Origin: Macrostomum lignano
Lineage: Eukaryota
Assembly (NCBI GenBank): GCA_002269645.1
Contig: NIVC01000558.1
Span: forward strand, 62,001-126,000
Length of the DNA: 64,000 bases
Direction of reading: 5' to 3'
Numbering within the stretch: the first letter of the stretch is position 1; each line of letters starts with the position of its first letter. Made by a program: the position numbers and the translations under genes. Positions 34,691 through 46,935 of this stretch are shown one piece after another. The notes under the pieces were generated by a model that saw only the letters and a program-made list of their open reading frames with translations, did not search any database and was not told the DNA's origin.

Positions 34691-35086
34691 ATGGCTCATG
34701 GAGACACACACACAGTTCTTTCGCGTTGATCTCAGTTTTGCGTTCAGCTGTTCCCTCTCACCCTCTCGGCGCATTTGAAGTCAAACTGTTTATACTGTAA
34801 AGCACAACGAATTATAAATTTTTCTCGTGTGAAACAATCGCACTTATCTGATTCCAAGTATGAAGATTGCAGGGTACGGCGCATTTTGCGTACAGTTTAG
34901 CAAAGACAACTAATTAATAAGCAGGTGCAGATGTACCTCAGAATTACTTGCAGTGCAAGGATACGCTTCAGTCTAACTGTTCACAGACCAAAATCTTAGG
35001 CCTGGATTGTCGCTTCTTATAGCCGCATTCTGTTGCCGCTTAGACAACTTAGATACTTAGTTGTGGAATCTAGTCCAGACAGAGAG

Positions 35087-37155
35087 ATGCTGGTGTGCTG
35101 GGTGGCGCTCTGCTGCCATTGAGCTCTGCTATCTCCAGCGAAGCCACTGCCGCAAACGAATACGCAGCGTGCACCGAAACGCTAGAAGCGGATCAGACCG
35201 CTCGGCGCTCACGATTCCGTCCGAAAGTTCAGGAACCTGCGCAGTCGATTGTCTGGCTGCCAGATTGTCATCGGCGACATCCATTTGATGCTAATAGAAC
35301 AGAAGCACTTTGAAGAACAAGGCGAAGTGCTGGACTTCAGCTTCCTGAGGACCATCAAGGAAGTCACGGGCTGCGTGAAGCTGATCGACTCGTGCTTCTC
35401 CTCCGCAAGAATTCGAAAGTCTGCAAGTGATCTGCCTTCCACCCGAACTGCGTCCTGCAGACGCCTTACACTTCGCCTTTCCCAATCTTCGCTACATCGG
35501 TGGCGGACAGGGGCATCGCCAACGGGGGGGGGACATGTCCCCCCCCCCCAGTAAAAGATCTGGGGGGGACATGCCAGTGCTTTGTCCCCCCACCCCTGCA
35601 CCTTGTGGCCCGTTGTGGAAATCAATAATTTTGCTGCATGGCGACAAAACATAGTGCCTGCGGCGCTAAAATGAGTGTCTGCGGCGCTAAAATGAGTGCC
35701 TGCGGCGCTAAAATGAGTGCCTGCGGCGCTAAAATGAGTGCTTGCGGCGCTAAAATGGTGCCTGCGGCGCTAAAATTGTGCTTGCGGCGCTAAAGTTGTG
35801 CTTGCGGCGCTAAAATGAGTGCCTACGGCGCTAAAATGAGTGCCTATGGCGCTAAAATGAGTGCTTTTGGCGCTAAAATGAGTAGGATGTAGATTCTAAA
35901 ATGTTAAATTCTTGGCTTTGTCCCCCAACATAAAATCTATGGCGACGCCCCTGGTGGCGGAGTCGTACTGCACGATGTCGCCTCCTGCTACATCGAGCGT
36001 CACGTCAGCCTCTCGGAACTCTTCGCCTATCTGATGGCTCCAGTTGTGTCGAGGATAGGCCAATGCAGAGACTTGGACAACGCCTGCACCTGCACAGAGT
36101 GGCCTGAAGACGGTCAGCAAATTGCTGGGGACCCGAACTCCGACACTGCCAGCCTCGCAGTCGGTGCAGACAACTCGACGCACTCGCGAATGCGAGATGC
36201 TTCCAGAGATGCTTCATCGACTCTCAAGGCGGGGAGCGGTGCAAAAATGTGATCTAGAAAATCCTTACCACCCTGGAGCGGCGCAGAACCGGTCGCTAGT
36301 TGAAGGGAAGATGTTGCCGCACGGGCCACTGTGCGTCAATAAATGCCTTGCGTCCTACTTCATGGAGGACGGTTCGTGCGTTAAAAAGTGCACATCGGGT
36401 CGGGGCGAAAACCGGACGCAGATGGAGCGTGCGTGGCGTCAGACAACTCCAGCGAGTGCGAACTTGGCGTGAGCTCGTCATGGATTAAATATTTCGGACT
36501 GGCGTCCCTTCGCTACATAAGAAAATACATTGTATTCCAAGCTCATCCCCAGTGGGCTCAATGTCAGTCTTTGCACCGGATTTTTACCCAAACAAGAGGC
36601 GTTTATGCAATCGGTAATTCTACTCGGATCCTCTTATGCTTCAAACTGGTTTCGCAGTCGCGAAAGATTGACTGATCTCCGGTTGAGGTCAGTTTGTCCC
36701 TTCAAGCCGGCCAGCTGCGATTCCCATAGTCTCGGTTCAGCTGCTGGGGCCCCGGCCCGACCAACTGAGTCCGGTGTCGCTCCGTCAAGGCTGGTCTAAC
36801 TTGCCTGGAGTCTTGCAAAGCGAGTCCCGGATGGTTTCTAGCGAAGCCGGGCAGTCCCGCTATGAGAGGCTTGTGCAACAGGTGTCACAATTCGTGCGCC
36901 GAGTGCGACCGACCGAACGCCTGCACCGCCTGCCCGAATGGAACTTTCTTCGATGGCTCGGTCTGCGTCGCCAAGTGCAACCCGGACACTCAGTTTGTGG
37001 AAGGAAGTTGATGAGTTCGAGTGCAAGCCACGGGCCGAACCAAAGGGATCATTGACAGGCGTTTTGTCGGAGTCGTTGGCTTCGCGGTCTGCCTTGTCGC
37101 TCTGCTGGCGTTCTGCATCTGGCGTCGTGTCCGAGCGAGGTGCGACCACTACTAA
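35087..37155 (+). pseudogene. Decayed EGFR/ErbB-like receptor ectodomain + TM, no kinase domain
   Basis: L-domain pieces (SGCQIVIGDIHL, DFSFLRTIKEVTG, FPNLRYIGGGVVL) and furin-like Cys pieces (CWGPELRHCQ, GPLCVNKC...DGSCVKKC, CWGPGPTN*VRCRSV..LTCLESC) lie in shifting frames. Several frameshifts, a TGA at a conserved Cys (36766-36768), a MITE insertion, and TM FVGVVGFAVCLVALLAFCIWRR followed by a stop at 37153-37155. Confidence 0.8.
35508..35953. mobile_element. hAT-type MITE (446 bp) with internal 21-bp tandem array, inserted in the receptor pseudogene
   Basis: TIRs CAGGGGCATCGCCA / TGGCGACGCCCCTG (13/14 match) and a perfect 8-bp TSD GTGGCGGA (35500-35507, 35954-35961). Removing it restores the frame LRYIGGG-VVLHD. 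Confidence 0.9.
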
Positions 37156-37189
37156 TTTTAGCATGCTTCAACTGGCCGAGTGAAAGCAA

Positions 37190-38150
37190 AATAAAGTAAA
37201 CTATGGCGCCAAACCAGATGCTACGTAAACTATGGCGCAAAAATGGATTCGACATGTAAAAGATGGCGCCAAACCGAATGCTACATGTAAACTATGGCGC
37301 CAAACCGGATGCTTCAAGTAAACTATGGCGCCAAACCAGATGCTACGTAAACTATGGCGCAAAAATGGATTCGACATGTAAAAGATGGCGCCAAACCGAA
37401 TGCTACATGTAAACTATGGCGCCAAACCGGATGCTTCAAGTAAACTATGGCGCCAAACCGGATGCTTCAAGTAAACTATGGCGCCAAACCGGATGCTTCA
37501 AGTAAACTATGGCGCCAAACCGGATGCTTCAAGTAAACTATGGCGCCAAACCGGATGCTTCAAGTAAACTATGGCGCCAAACCGGATGCTTCAAGTAAAC
37601 TATGGCGCTAAACCGGATGCTATATGTAAACTATGGCGCCAAACCGGATGCTTCATGTAAACTATGGCGCCAAACCCGATGCTACATGTAAACTATGGCG
37701 CCAAACCGGATGCTTCAAGTAAACTATGGCGCCAAACCGGATGCTTCAAGTAAACTATGGCGCCAAACCGGATGCTATATGTAAACTATGGCGCCAAACC
37801 GGATGCTTCATGTAAACTATGGCGCCAAACCCGATGCTACATGTAAACTATGGCGCCAAACCGGATGCTTCAAGTAAACTATGGCGCCAAACCGGATGCT
37901 TCAAGTAAACTATGGCGCCAAACCGGATGCTATATGTAAACTATGGCGCCAAACCGGATGCTTCATGTAAACTATGGCGCCAAACCCGATGCTACATGTA
38001 AACTATGGCGCCAAACCGGATGCGACATGTAAACTATGGCGCCAAACCGGATGCTTCAAGTAAACTATGGCGCCAAACCGGATGCGACATGTAAACTATG
38101 GCGCCAAACCGGATGCTTCAAGTAAACTATGGCGCCAAACCGGATGCGAC
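37190..38150. repeat. About 30-bp minisatellite (taaactatggcgccaaaccggatgcttcaag)
   Basis: About 32 units between the pseudogene and the GINS4 3' end. Confidence 0.95.
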
Positions 38151-38441
38151 GAGAATGCTTTCAGTTCCGGTATGCGCATGTGTCAAGAAAAATAAGACTT
38201 TTACGCCATATTTGTTTTAATTGAAGAACAGATTGCACCCATTTATTTATTAAAACAATTGTTTTAAATCAGTTTAGTCTTTGCAGAGAAAATGCAACTT
38301 CAACGAGACAACAGAAAATAAAACGCGGCGAAAATAGAGGGGAAATAAACCAACACACGCAGAAAAGCTACTGCAAGTAGGCGAGAAGAAAATAGCACGC
38401 AAATTCGAGTTTAGAAAATAAAAAATGCAGATTTTTTTGTA

Positions 38442-39757
38442 TTAGATTAACAGAATTTTGTCATCAATGAGAAGCTGCTCAACCGGAGCGAACTGCATTA
38501 GGTGCTGCTCACCCGGCCGGAGCTCCACTTCGGCGGCTTCGGCTGCGGGTTTCACCGAAGCCACCGCAGTCGTGGCTGACGCCGACCCATCCGCGCCGTT
38601 GTTGTCCTGTGACGTCGTCGCCGCGGTCGTCGTCGGCCGACGCACCCGGAAAAACACGAAAGCGTCCAGGTTTGGCCGCGGCGCCTCCAGCTCTGTTGGT
38701 CGATGGCGCAGGAATTGCGGCACCTTGTTCAGCACCAGACTGTCGAAGTGCCGGTGCATTGAGGTCACGTATGTCTTGGCAAAGTCCGCCTCCGGCTTGC
38801 TGAGTCGGCCGGCCCAGCGGCCGCCGTTTGGGCCGACCGTCATGGACTCCGCGTAGGACTGGATCTTGGCCAGCCGCGTGCGCAGCAGGTCGGTGGTCAC
38901 GTACCTGGGGAAATGGGAAATGGGGATAGGACAAGGACTACTAAAGTAGATGGACTGGAAACTACGTTAATTACCAAATTAAATAAATACACTCAAGAAG
39001 AATGATAAAGATGAGCATAGGGTCTGCCTCCTATTCTTGCAAGAGCAAGAAAACCCCATAAAACCCGCCCATTTTAAACTTTCTAAGAAACGTATTTTCT
39101 TGTCCTTCTACTTGAGCAGTTCTTGAGTCAGGCATATACTCAGCAACATTGAAAAGTGGCCACTCTATTGCGCCAGTGAGCAATTTCTTTTGGGCTATTC
39201 TGAAATAAAAGATACAAAAAAACTAATCGGGGTAGCTTTAATCCGTCCCACCCTCGCTAAGATTGACAGACTTTACCTGCACTCTCAAAAGTGGCGGCCA
39301 CAGACGGAACCTTCTGTGATGGCGAATTTTCGATTTTGCTGATTACATGTTACTCGAGAGCTGGAGAGACAATGCTTAAACAGGAGAATCTCACTCACCT
39401 GATCCTGCTCAACTCCAGCCTGTGCAGGTAGCCAGCCAGATCCTTAGTCGGCCGGCCGCCTGGCAACCGAACCTGCCGGTCCATGCCCTCCAGCTGATCC
39501 CGCACGCAGTCGACCAGATCGTCCCGCTGCGGCAGCAGGTCCGGGCAGAGTTTCTCATTGCACCAGGCAGTCAGCAGTTCATCGATGAGCTCGGCAGGTG
39601 TCACAGTCAAATCGTTGGCGCCGCCGGGATCGTCCGATCCAAGCGAGTCGACTTCGTCTGTGCTGGCCGAAATCTCGTCTGGCCAGTCATCCACAGCTGC
39701 CCCTGCCGCACTTGCTGGCGCTGGCGGCGGCGGCGGCTCAGAATCTTCTGCCGACAT
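38442..39757 (-). CDS. GINS4: GINS complex subunit 4 (SLD5)
   Basis: Exons 39757-39399 and 38904-38442 (273 aa). LLTAWCNEKLCPDLL, LELSRIRYV...LRTRLAKIQ, PNLDAFVFFRV and ELRPGEQHLMQF...ILLI match SLD5. Confidence 0.92.
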
Positions 39758-39819
39758 GTCGGTCTGGGCGACCTGCAGGCTGCTGCGGGCATTGGATTAA
39801 GTCTGTCCTTAACTGAAGG

Positions 39820-40500
39820 GGAACCTGAAGGATTACTGAAGGGGAACCTGAAGGATTACTGAAGGGGAACCTGAAGGATTACTGAAGAGGAACCTGAAGG
39901 ATTACTGAAGAGGAACCTGAAGGATTACTGAAGAGGAACCTGAAGGATTACTGAAGAGGAACCTGAAGGATTACTGAAGGAGAACCTGAAGGATTACTGA
40001 AGGAGAACCTGAAGGATTACTGAAGAGGAACCTGAGGGATCACTGAAGAGGAACCTGAAGGATTACTGAAGAGGAACCTGAAAGATTACTGAAGAGGAAC
40101 CTGAGGGATCAACAACAGTCCCTACTAAAGAGGAACCTGAGGGATCAACAACAGTCCCTACTAAAGAGGAACCTGAGGGATCAACAACAGTCCCTACTAA
40201 AGAGGAACCTGAGGGATCAACAACAGTCCCTACTAAAGAGGAACCTGAGGGATCAACAACAGTCCCTACTAAAGAGGAACCTGAGGGATCAACAACAGTC
40301 CCTACTAAAGAGGAACCTGAGGGATCAACAACAGTCCCTACTAAAGAGGAACCTGAGGGATCAACAACAGTCCCTACTAAAGAGGAACCTGAGGGATCAA
40401 CAGTCCCTTCTGAAGAGGAACCTGAGGGATCAACAACAGTCCCTTCTGAAGAGGAACCTGAGGGATCAACAGTCCCTACTGAAGAGGAACCTGAGGGATT
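39820..40500. repeat. Minisatellite whose unit changes from 23 bp to 35 bp along the array
   Basis: gaggaacctgaaggattactgaa at left changes to agaggaacctgagggatcaacaacagtccctacta at right. Confidence 0.9.
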
Positions 40501-41169
40501 AACGAATCCAACAGTCCCAGGTATTCTAGGACACCCAGTGCTTTAACTCTGAAGTAAATAAGACAGCCAAGCGTTTAATATGATATAGAGGCAAAAAGTT
40601 ACTGACCTTATATTTGCAACTCTACAATATAAGTATGCACTTTAAAAAGGACAGATGCTGAGCCAGCCAACTCTGGTGAGTCACAGGGGACAACAAGAGA
40701 ACAGGGCGGTTCTGTGTGACAAAAGCATGCCACTAATGACAAGATGGCGCCAAAATTACTGCAATAGCGACAGACTGAAAATTAATTTTATTTAATTAAT
40801 TCATATTTGCACCTTTTACCTTGAAACTAATATTGAATATAAAGTATTGCAAGATTATTTACATAATACAAGCCCTGGTCAGTTATGTAATATAGAAGTT
40901 ATTATTTATGTAATATTCTATGGACAATTATAAAGCATAATATTTAATAACGAATACTTATTTATTATATTATAGAAACGTTACTTTTATGACAAAATAA
41001 TAACACAAAGTTACAGACACTGAACAAAAAACAGTGAATTAATTGTTGTAATTTTGAAAAAACCAACTTTCTAAGAATCTGACATCTGGGAAATTAAATT
41101 TGAATCATTCATCAATGGCAAAGTTTAGCGCGTAATTTGAAAACTGGCATCGATCTTCTTAATTAGAAA

Positions 41170-41900
41170 ATGGCACCTTCTAGATTTAGAAAATGGCATC
41201 TTCCAGATTTAGAGAATGGCACCTTCCAGATTTAGAGAATGGCACCTTCCAGATTTAGAGAATGGCACCTTCCAGATTTAGAAAATGGCACCTTCCAGAT
41301 TTAGAGAATGGCATCTTCTAGATTTAGAGAATGGCATCTTCTAGATTTAGAGAATGGCATCTTCCAGATTTAGAGAATGGCATCTTCTAGATTTAGAGAA
41401 TGGCATCTTCTAGATTTAGAGAATGGCATCTTCCAGATTTAGAGAATGGCATCTTCCAGATTTAGAGAATGGCATCTTCCAGATTTAGAGAATGGCACCT
41501 TCCAGATTTAGAGAATGGCACCTTCCAGATTTAGAGAATGGCACCTTCCAGATTTAGAGAATGGCACCTTCCAGATTTAGAGAATGGCATCTTCTAGATT
41601 TAGAGAATGGCACCTTTCAGATTTAGAGAATGGCATCTTCTAGATTTAGAGAATGGCACCTTCCAGATTTAGAGAATGGCACCTTCCAGATTTAGAGAAT
41701 GGCACCTTCCAGATTTAGAGAATGGCACCTTTCAGATTTAGAGAATGGCACCTTCCAGATTTAGAGAATGGCACCTTCCAGATTTAGAGAATGGCACCTT
41801 CTACATTAGAAAATGGCACCTTCTAAATTCAGAAAATGGCATCTTCTAGAAGATTTAGAAAATGGCAACTTCTAGATTCAGAATTCAGAAAATGGCATCT
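41170..41900. repeat. 24-bp minisatellite (tttagagaatggcaccttccagat)
   Basis: About 29 units just 3' of LRRC58. Confidence 0.93.
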
Positions 41901-42046
41901 TCTAGATTAGAAGATGGAATCTATAGAGAATTAGAAAATCGCCACCCAGTAAGTTAAATGACAAACTGAACTTCAATATTAAATCGAAACAGACCCCCCC
42001 CCCTGTCAATCGGTCTCCGACAGACTCAAAAAAGACCATATCGAGT

Positions 42047-44060
42047 TCAACCGAGCAGCACCCGCCGAACCCGAGCCACGTCATCTCCAGACGCCTCCTC
42101 GCTAGCCGAATCGTCGCTGGAGTTGCTGGCGGAGCTGCCGCTGCTGCTGAAGTGACAGTCTGGCGAGCAGATGAACCGCAGAAACGGCACCCGATATTTG
42201 CCGCAGAAATCCACAAATCGAACGGTCTCAACGCAGCTGGAGAAGTACACGCCTTTGCAGTTCGGGTTCAGGCACTCCCTGGCGCTGTCCAGGTAATCGC
42301 AGAGGTTGCCGGGCAAGCATCTGCGGCAGTAGTGCAGCTGGGCGGACCGGACACAGCGGCCGGACAGCTCGGACAGACTGGGCACTGACCAGTTTGAGCC
42401 GAACTCTCTGGCGAACTTGGTTACTAAGGGATTATTGCGCAGAGACAGGGTGCTCAAACAAGGCAGGCTGACGATCTCGTGTGGCAGAGCGGTGAGTCGG
42501 TTGCAGTGCAAGGAGAGCGACTCCAGGGCTGACAGCTGGCCGAGGGAGGGCGGCAGCTGGCACAGCTGGTTGTCGCACAGGGCCAGGCAGGTGAGGCGGG
42601 CGAGCTGGCCCAGCTCCTGTGGAGAATGGGGTTGAGCACAGGATGAGCTTGCGTGGGTGGCTTCATCTGGGAGGCTAGCCCAGCAACTGAGAATCTGGGA
42701 GGCTGGCCCAGCAACTGAGCATCTGGGAGGCTGGCCCAGCAACTGAGAATCTGGGAGGCTGGATGGCCCAGCAACTGAGGATCTGGGAGGCTAGCCTAGC
42801 AACTGAGGATTTGGGAGGCTGGTGGCCCAGCAACTGAGGATCTGGGAGGCTAGCCTAGCAACTGAGGATCTGGAAGGCTGGCCCAGCAACTGAGAATCTG
42901 GGAGGCTGGTTTAGCAACTGAGGATCTGGGAGGCTGGCCCAGCAACTGAGGATCTGGGAGGCTGGCCCAGTAACTGAGGATCTGGAAGGCTGGCCCAGCA
43001 ACTGAGAATCTGGGAGGCTGGATGGCCCAGCAACTGAGGATCTGAGAGGCTGGCCCAGCAACTGAGGATCTGGAAGGCTGGCCCAGCAACTGAGGATCTG
43101 GGAGGCTAGCCTAGCAACTGAGGATTTGGGAGGCTGGATGGCCCAGCAACTGAGGATTTGGGAGGCTGGCAGAGCAACTGAGGATCTGGGAGGCTGGCCC
43201 AGCAACTGAGGATCTGGGAGGCTGGCAGAGCAACTGAGGATCTGGGAGGCTGGTGGCCCAGCAACTGAGGATTTGGGAGGCTGGCAGAGCAACTGAGGAT
43301 CTGGGAGGCTGGTGGCCCAGCAACTGAGGATCTGGGAGGCTGGTGGCCCAGCAACTGAGGATCTGGGAGGCTGATGGCCCAGCAACTGAGGATCTGGGAG
43401 GCTTTAAGGAACGGTATAAATCATTGAATTAGAAGTTGCAGTCCTGCTAAAGTCGCACAAGGGGTTGGGTGGAGGCAAGTGGCAGACACAGGTGCAAAGT
43501 ACAAAGTTGCCAAGTTATAGGTTAATTCTGGCTATGGTGTCAATTATTGCACATGTCTACAGCAGTGAACAAACAAAGCTAAGGCAATTTACCTGCGGTA
43601 CACATTTCAGCTGATTTCCGCCCAGATACAAGTAAGTCAGGCTGCCAGCCAGCTTGACAATGTGCTGCGGAATATAGCACAGCCGGTTGGCTCCTAACGA
43701 CAGCATTTCCAGAGCCGGCAGCGAGCTGATCTGCTGCGGCAGGCTCTTCAACGAATTGCCATTCAAATTGAGCTCTCGCAGTTCAATCAGGTGGCTAAAC
43801 TCGCTAGGCAAATCGCTAATTAGATTGTTCTTAGCGACTAGAACTCGAAGATTAACGCAACGACAAATACTAGCTGGCAGTTCCGAGAGCCGGTTGTGGC
43901 TCAGCTCAAGAGTGGTGAGAGCAGTGGCTCTGCCAAGCCAAGATGGACAGCTCAGCAGTCGGTTATGATCGGCTAGCAGCACCCCGATGTCTTCGGGCTG
44001 GGTCACCTCCTCTGGCAGCTCGTCAAGATTCCTGTAGCTCCAGTTCACCTCCCGAGACAT
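42047..44060 (-). CDS. LRRC58: Leucine-rich repeat-containing protein 58
   Basis: Exons 44060-43593 and 42616-42047 (345 aa). LRRs are followed by VPSLSELSGR and LPGNLCDYLDSARECLNPNCKGVYF...VRFVDFCGKYRVPFLRFICSPDC, the diagnostic LRRC58 Cys-rich C-terminus. Confidence 0.92.
42660..43410. repeat. About 29-33-bp intronic minisatellite (cccagcaactgaggatctgggaggctgg)
   Basis: Fills the LRRC58 intron. Confidence 0.92.
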
Positions 44061-44789
44061 GGTGACGCTTTGAACAGCCGTCTTTCGTTAACCTGACTCT
44101 GCCTCACTCTCTCCCTGTCTCTGTTTTCAATTAGTAAAGCAAGTGGCTCATGAATTTCGTTTCAAACAATTTCTGTTATAGCGAGTGAAGTTTTGAAGAC
44201 ACGAGGTCTACGCGTGACCGTTAAGTCAAGAACCAATTGGAATAAGTTTGATACGAAATTTTCTCTTTCCTGGAGAGCACAGGTTTTCTGTCCGCTTCTA
44301 AAAATAGATATTTTGGGCCAAAACGCTAAGCAAACGTTTGCTTTCGTCTACTTCGGGAGCCACTTCTCTTTCTCTCTCTCTCCCGTTATCTATACTAGTC
44401 TAGAAACCCTAGAGACTCGCTAGAGTTCAATTCTGACCACACAGGCAAGCACACCCCCCGCCCCGCCCTCCTCTAGCAGCACGCGCAGCAAGCGTGAGAG
44501 GGCGAACCCTACCCTGGATATTAAGATTAATTACTTCATTCCTTAGTAAGATACAGCAAGTAAGCAAAAATTGTTATAATAATGTTTTAAAGATTTTACT
44601 GACGAAAAAGAGTTTTATTGGCAATGGACTTATTTCATAGATAATAAGCAATGGTATGATATTTTAAGAAAAGCAATCTTAAAAAGCAATTTTTAAACTA
44701 AACTTTGATTTAAAGTTCAATTGGCCAACCAAGAGACATGGTGCCGAACAAGATACAGGGGCGACCAGCAAATAAAAGGGGCGCCCGGT

Positions 44790-46935
44790 GAAGAGACAGG
44801 GGCATCTAACCAAGAGACAGGGGCATCTAACCAAGAGACAGGGGCGCCTAACCAAGAGACAGGGGCATCTAACCAAGAAACAGGGGCATCTAACCAAGAG
44901 ACAGGGGCATCTAACCAAGAGACAGGGGCGCCTAACCAAGAGACAGGGGCATCTAACCAAGAGACAGGGGCGCCTAACCAAGAGACAGGGGCATCTAACC
45001 AAGAGACAGGGGCATCTAACCAAGAGACAGGGGCGCCTAGCCGCCTAACCAAGAGACAGGGGCATCTAACCAAGAGACAGGGGCGCCTAACCAAGAGACA
45101 GGGGCATCTAACCAAGAGACATGGGCATCTAACCAAGAGACAGGGGCGCCTAACCAAGAGACAGGGGCATCTAACCAAGAGACAGGGGCGCCTAGCCGCC
45201 TAACCAAGAGACAGGGGCATCTAACCAAGAGACAGGGGCGCCTAACCAAGAGACAGGGGTGCCAACCAAGAGACAGGCATCTAACCAAGAGACAGGGGCA
45301 TCTAACCAAGAGACAGGGGCGCCTAACCAAGAGACAGGGGCATCTAACCAAGAGACAGGGGCGCCTAACCAAGAGACAGGGGTGCCTAACCAAGAGACAG
45401 GGGTGCCAACCAAGAGACAGGCATCTAACCAAGAGACAGGGGCATCTAAACAAGAGACAGGGGCGCCTAACCAAGAGACAGGGGCATCTAACCAAGAGAC
45501 AGGGGCGCCTAACCAAGAGACACGGGTGCCAACCAAGAGACAGGCATCTAACCAAGAGACAGGGGCATCTAACCAAGAGACAGGGGCATCTAACCAAGAG
45601 ACAGGGGCGCCTAACCAAGAGACAGGGGCATTTAACCAAGAAACAGGGGCATCTAACCAAGAGACAGGGGCATCTAACCAAGAAACAGGGGCATCTAACC
45701 AAGAAACAGGGGCATCTAACCAAGAAACAGGGGTTCCAACCAAAAGACAGACATCTAACTAAGAGACGGGGCATCTAACCAAGAGACATGGGCATCTAAC
45801 CAAGAGACAGGGGCATCTAACCAAGAGACATGGGCATCTAACCAAGAGACAGGGGCATCTAACCAAGAGACAGGGGCATCTAACCAAGAGACATGGGCAT
45901 CTAACCAAGAGACAGGGGCATCTAACCAAGAGACATGGGCATCTAACCAAGAGACATGGGCATCTAACCAAGAGACATGGGCATCTAACCAAGAGACATG
46001 GGCATCTAACCAAGAGACATGGGCATGGGCATCTAACCAAGAGACATGGGCATCTAACCAAGAGACATGGGCATGGGCATCTAACCAAGAGACATGGGCA
46101 TCTAACCATCTAACCAAGAGACATGGGCATCTAACCAAGAGACAGGGGCATCTAACCAAGAGACAGGGGCATCTAAACAAGAGACAGGGGCGCCTAACCA
46201 AGAGACAGGGGCATCTAACCAAGAGACAGGGGCGCCTAACCAAGAGACACGGGTGCCAACCAAGAGACAGGCATCTAACCAAGAGACAGGGGCATCTAAC
46301 CAAGAGACAGGGGCGCCTAACCAAGAGACAGGGGCATTTAACCAAGAAACAGGGGCATCTAACCAAGAGACAGGGGCATCTAACCAAGAAACAGGGGCAT
46401 CTAACCAAGAAACAGGGGCATCTAACCAAGAAACAGGGGTTCCAACCAAAAGACAGACATCTAACTAAGAGACAGGGGCATCTAACCAAGAGACATGGGC
46501 ATCTAACCAAGAGACAGGGGCATCTAACCAAGAGACATGGGCATCTAACCAAGAGACAGGGGCATCTAACCAAGAGACAGGGGCATCTAACCAAGAGACA
46601 TGGGCATCTAACCAAGAGACAGGGGCATCTAACCAAGAGACATGGGCATCTAACCAAGAGACATGGGCATCTAACCAAGAGACATGGGCATCTAACCAAG
46701 AGACATGGGCATCTAACCAAGAGACATGGGCATGGGCATCTAACCAAGAGACATGGGCATCTAACCAAGAGACATGGGCATGGGCATCTAACCAAGAGAC
46801 ATGGGCATCTAACCATCTAACCAAGAGACATGGGCATCTAACCAAGAGACATGGGCATCTAACAAAGAGACATGGGCATCTAACAAAGAGACAGGGGCGC
46901 CTAACCAAGAGACAGGGGTAGCTAACCAAGAGACC
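44790..46935. repeat. 21-bp minisatellite (aaccaagagacaggggcatct), 2.1 kb, with about 0.7-kb higher-order duplication
   Basis: About 100 units. Diagnostic variants recur about 706-727 bp apart. Confidence 0.95.

Noticed and set aside
36766-36768. TGA at a conserved Cys as possible selenocysteine or readthrough
   Set aside because: The same ORF has several frameshifts and a MITE insertion, so ordinary pseudogene decay is sufficient.
44679-46929. Long ORFs on both strands (e.g. 353 aa VRCPCLL repeats)
   Set aside because: Artefacts of a 21-bp stop-free repeat. The same applies to ORFs at 19745-20557, 21679-22212, 24703-25441, 27379-27977, 42850-43385 and 50806-51576.
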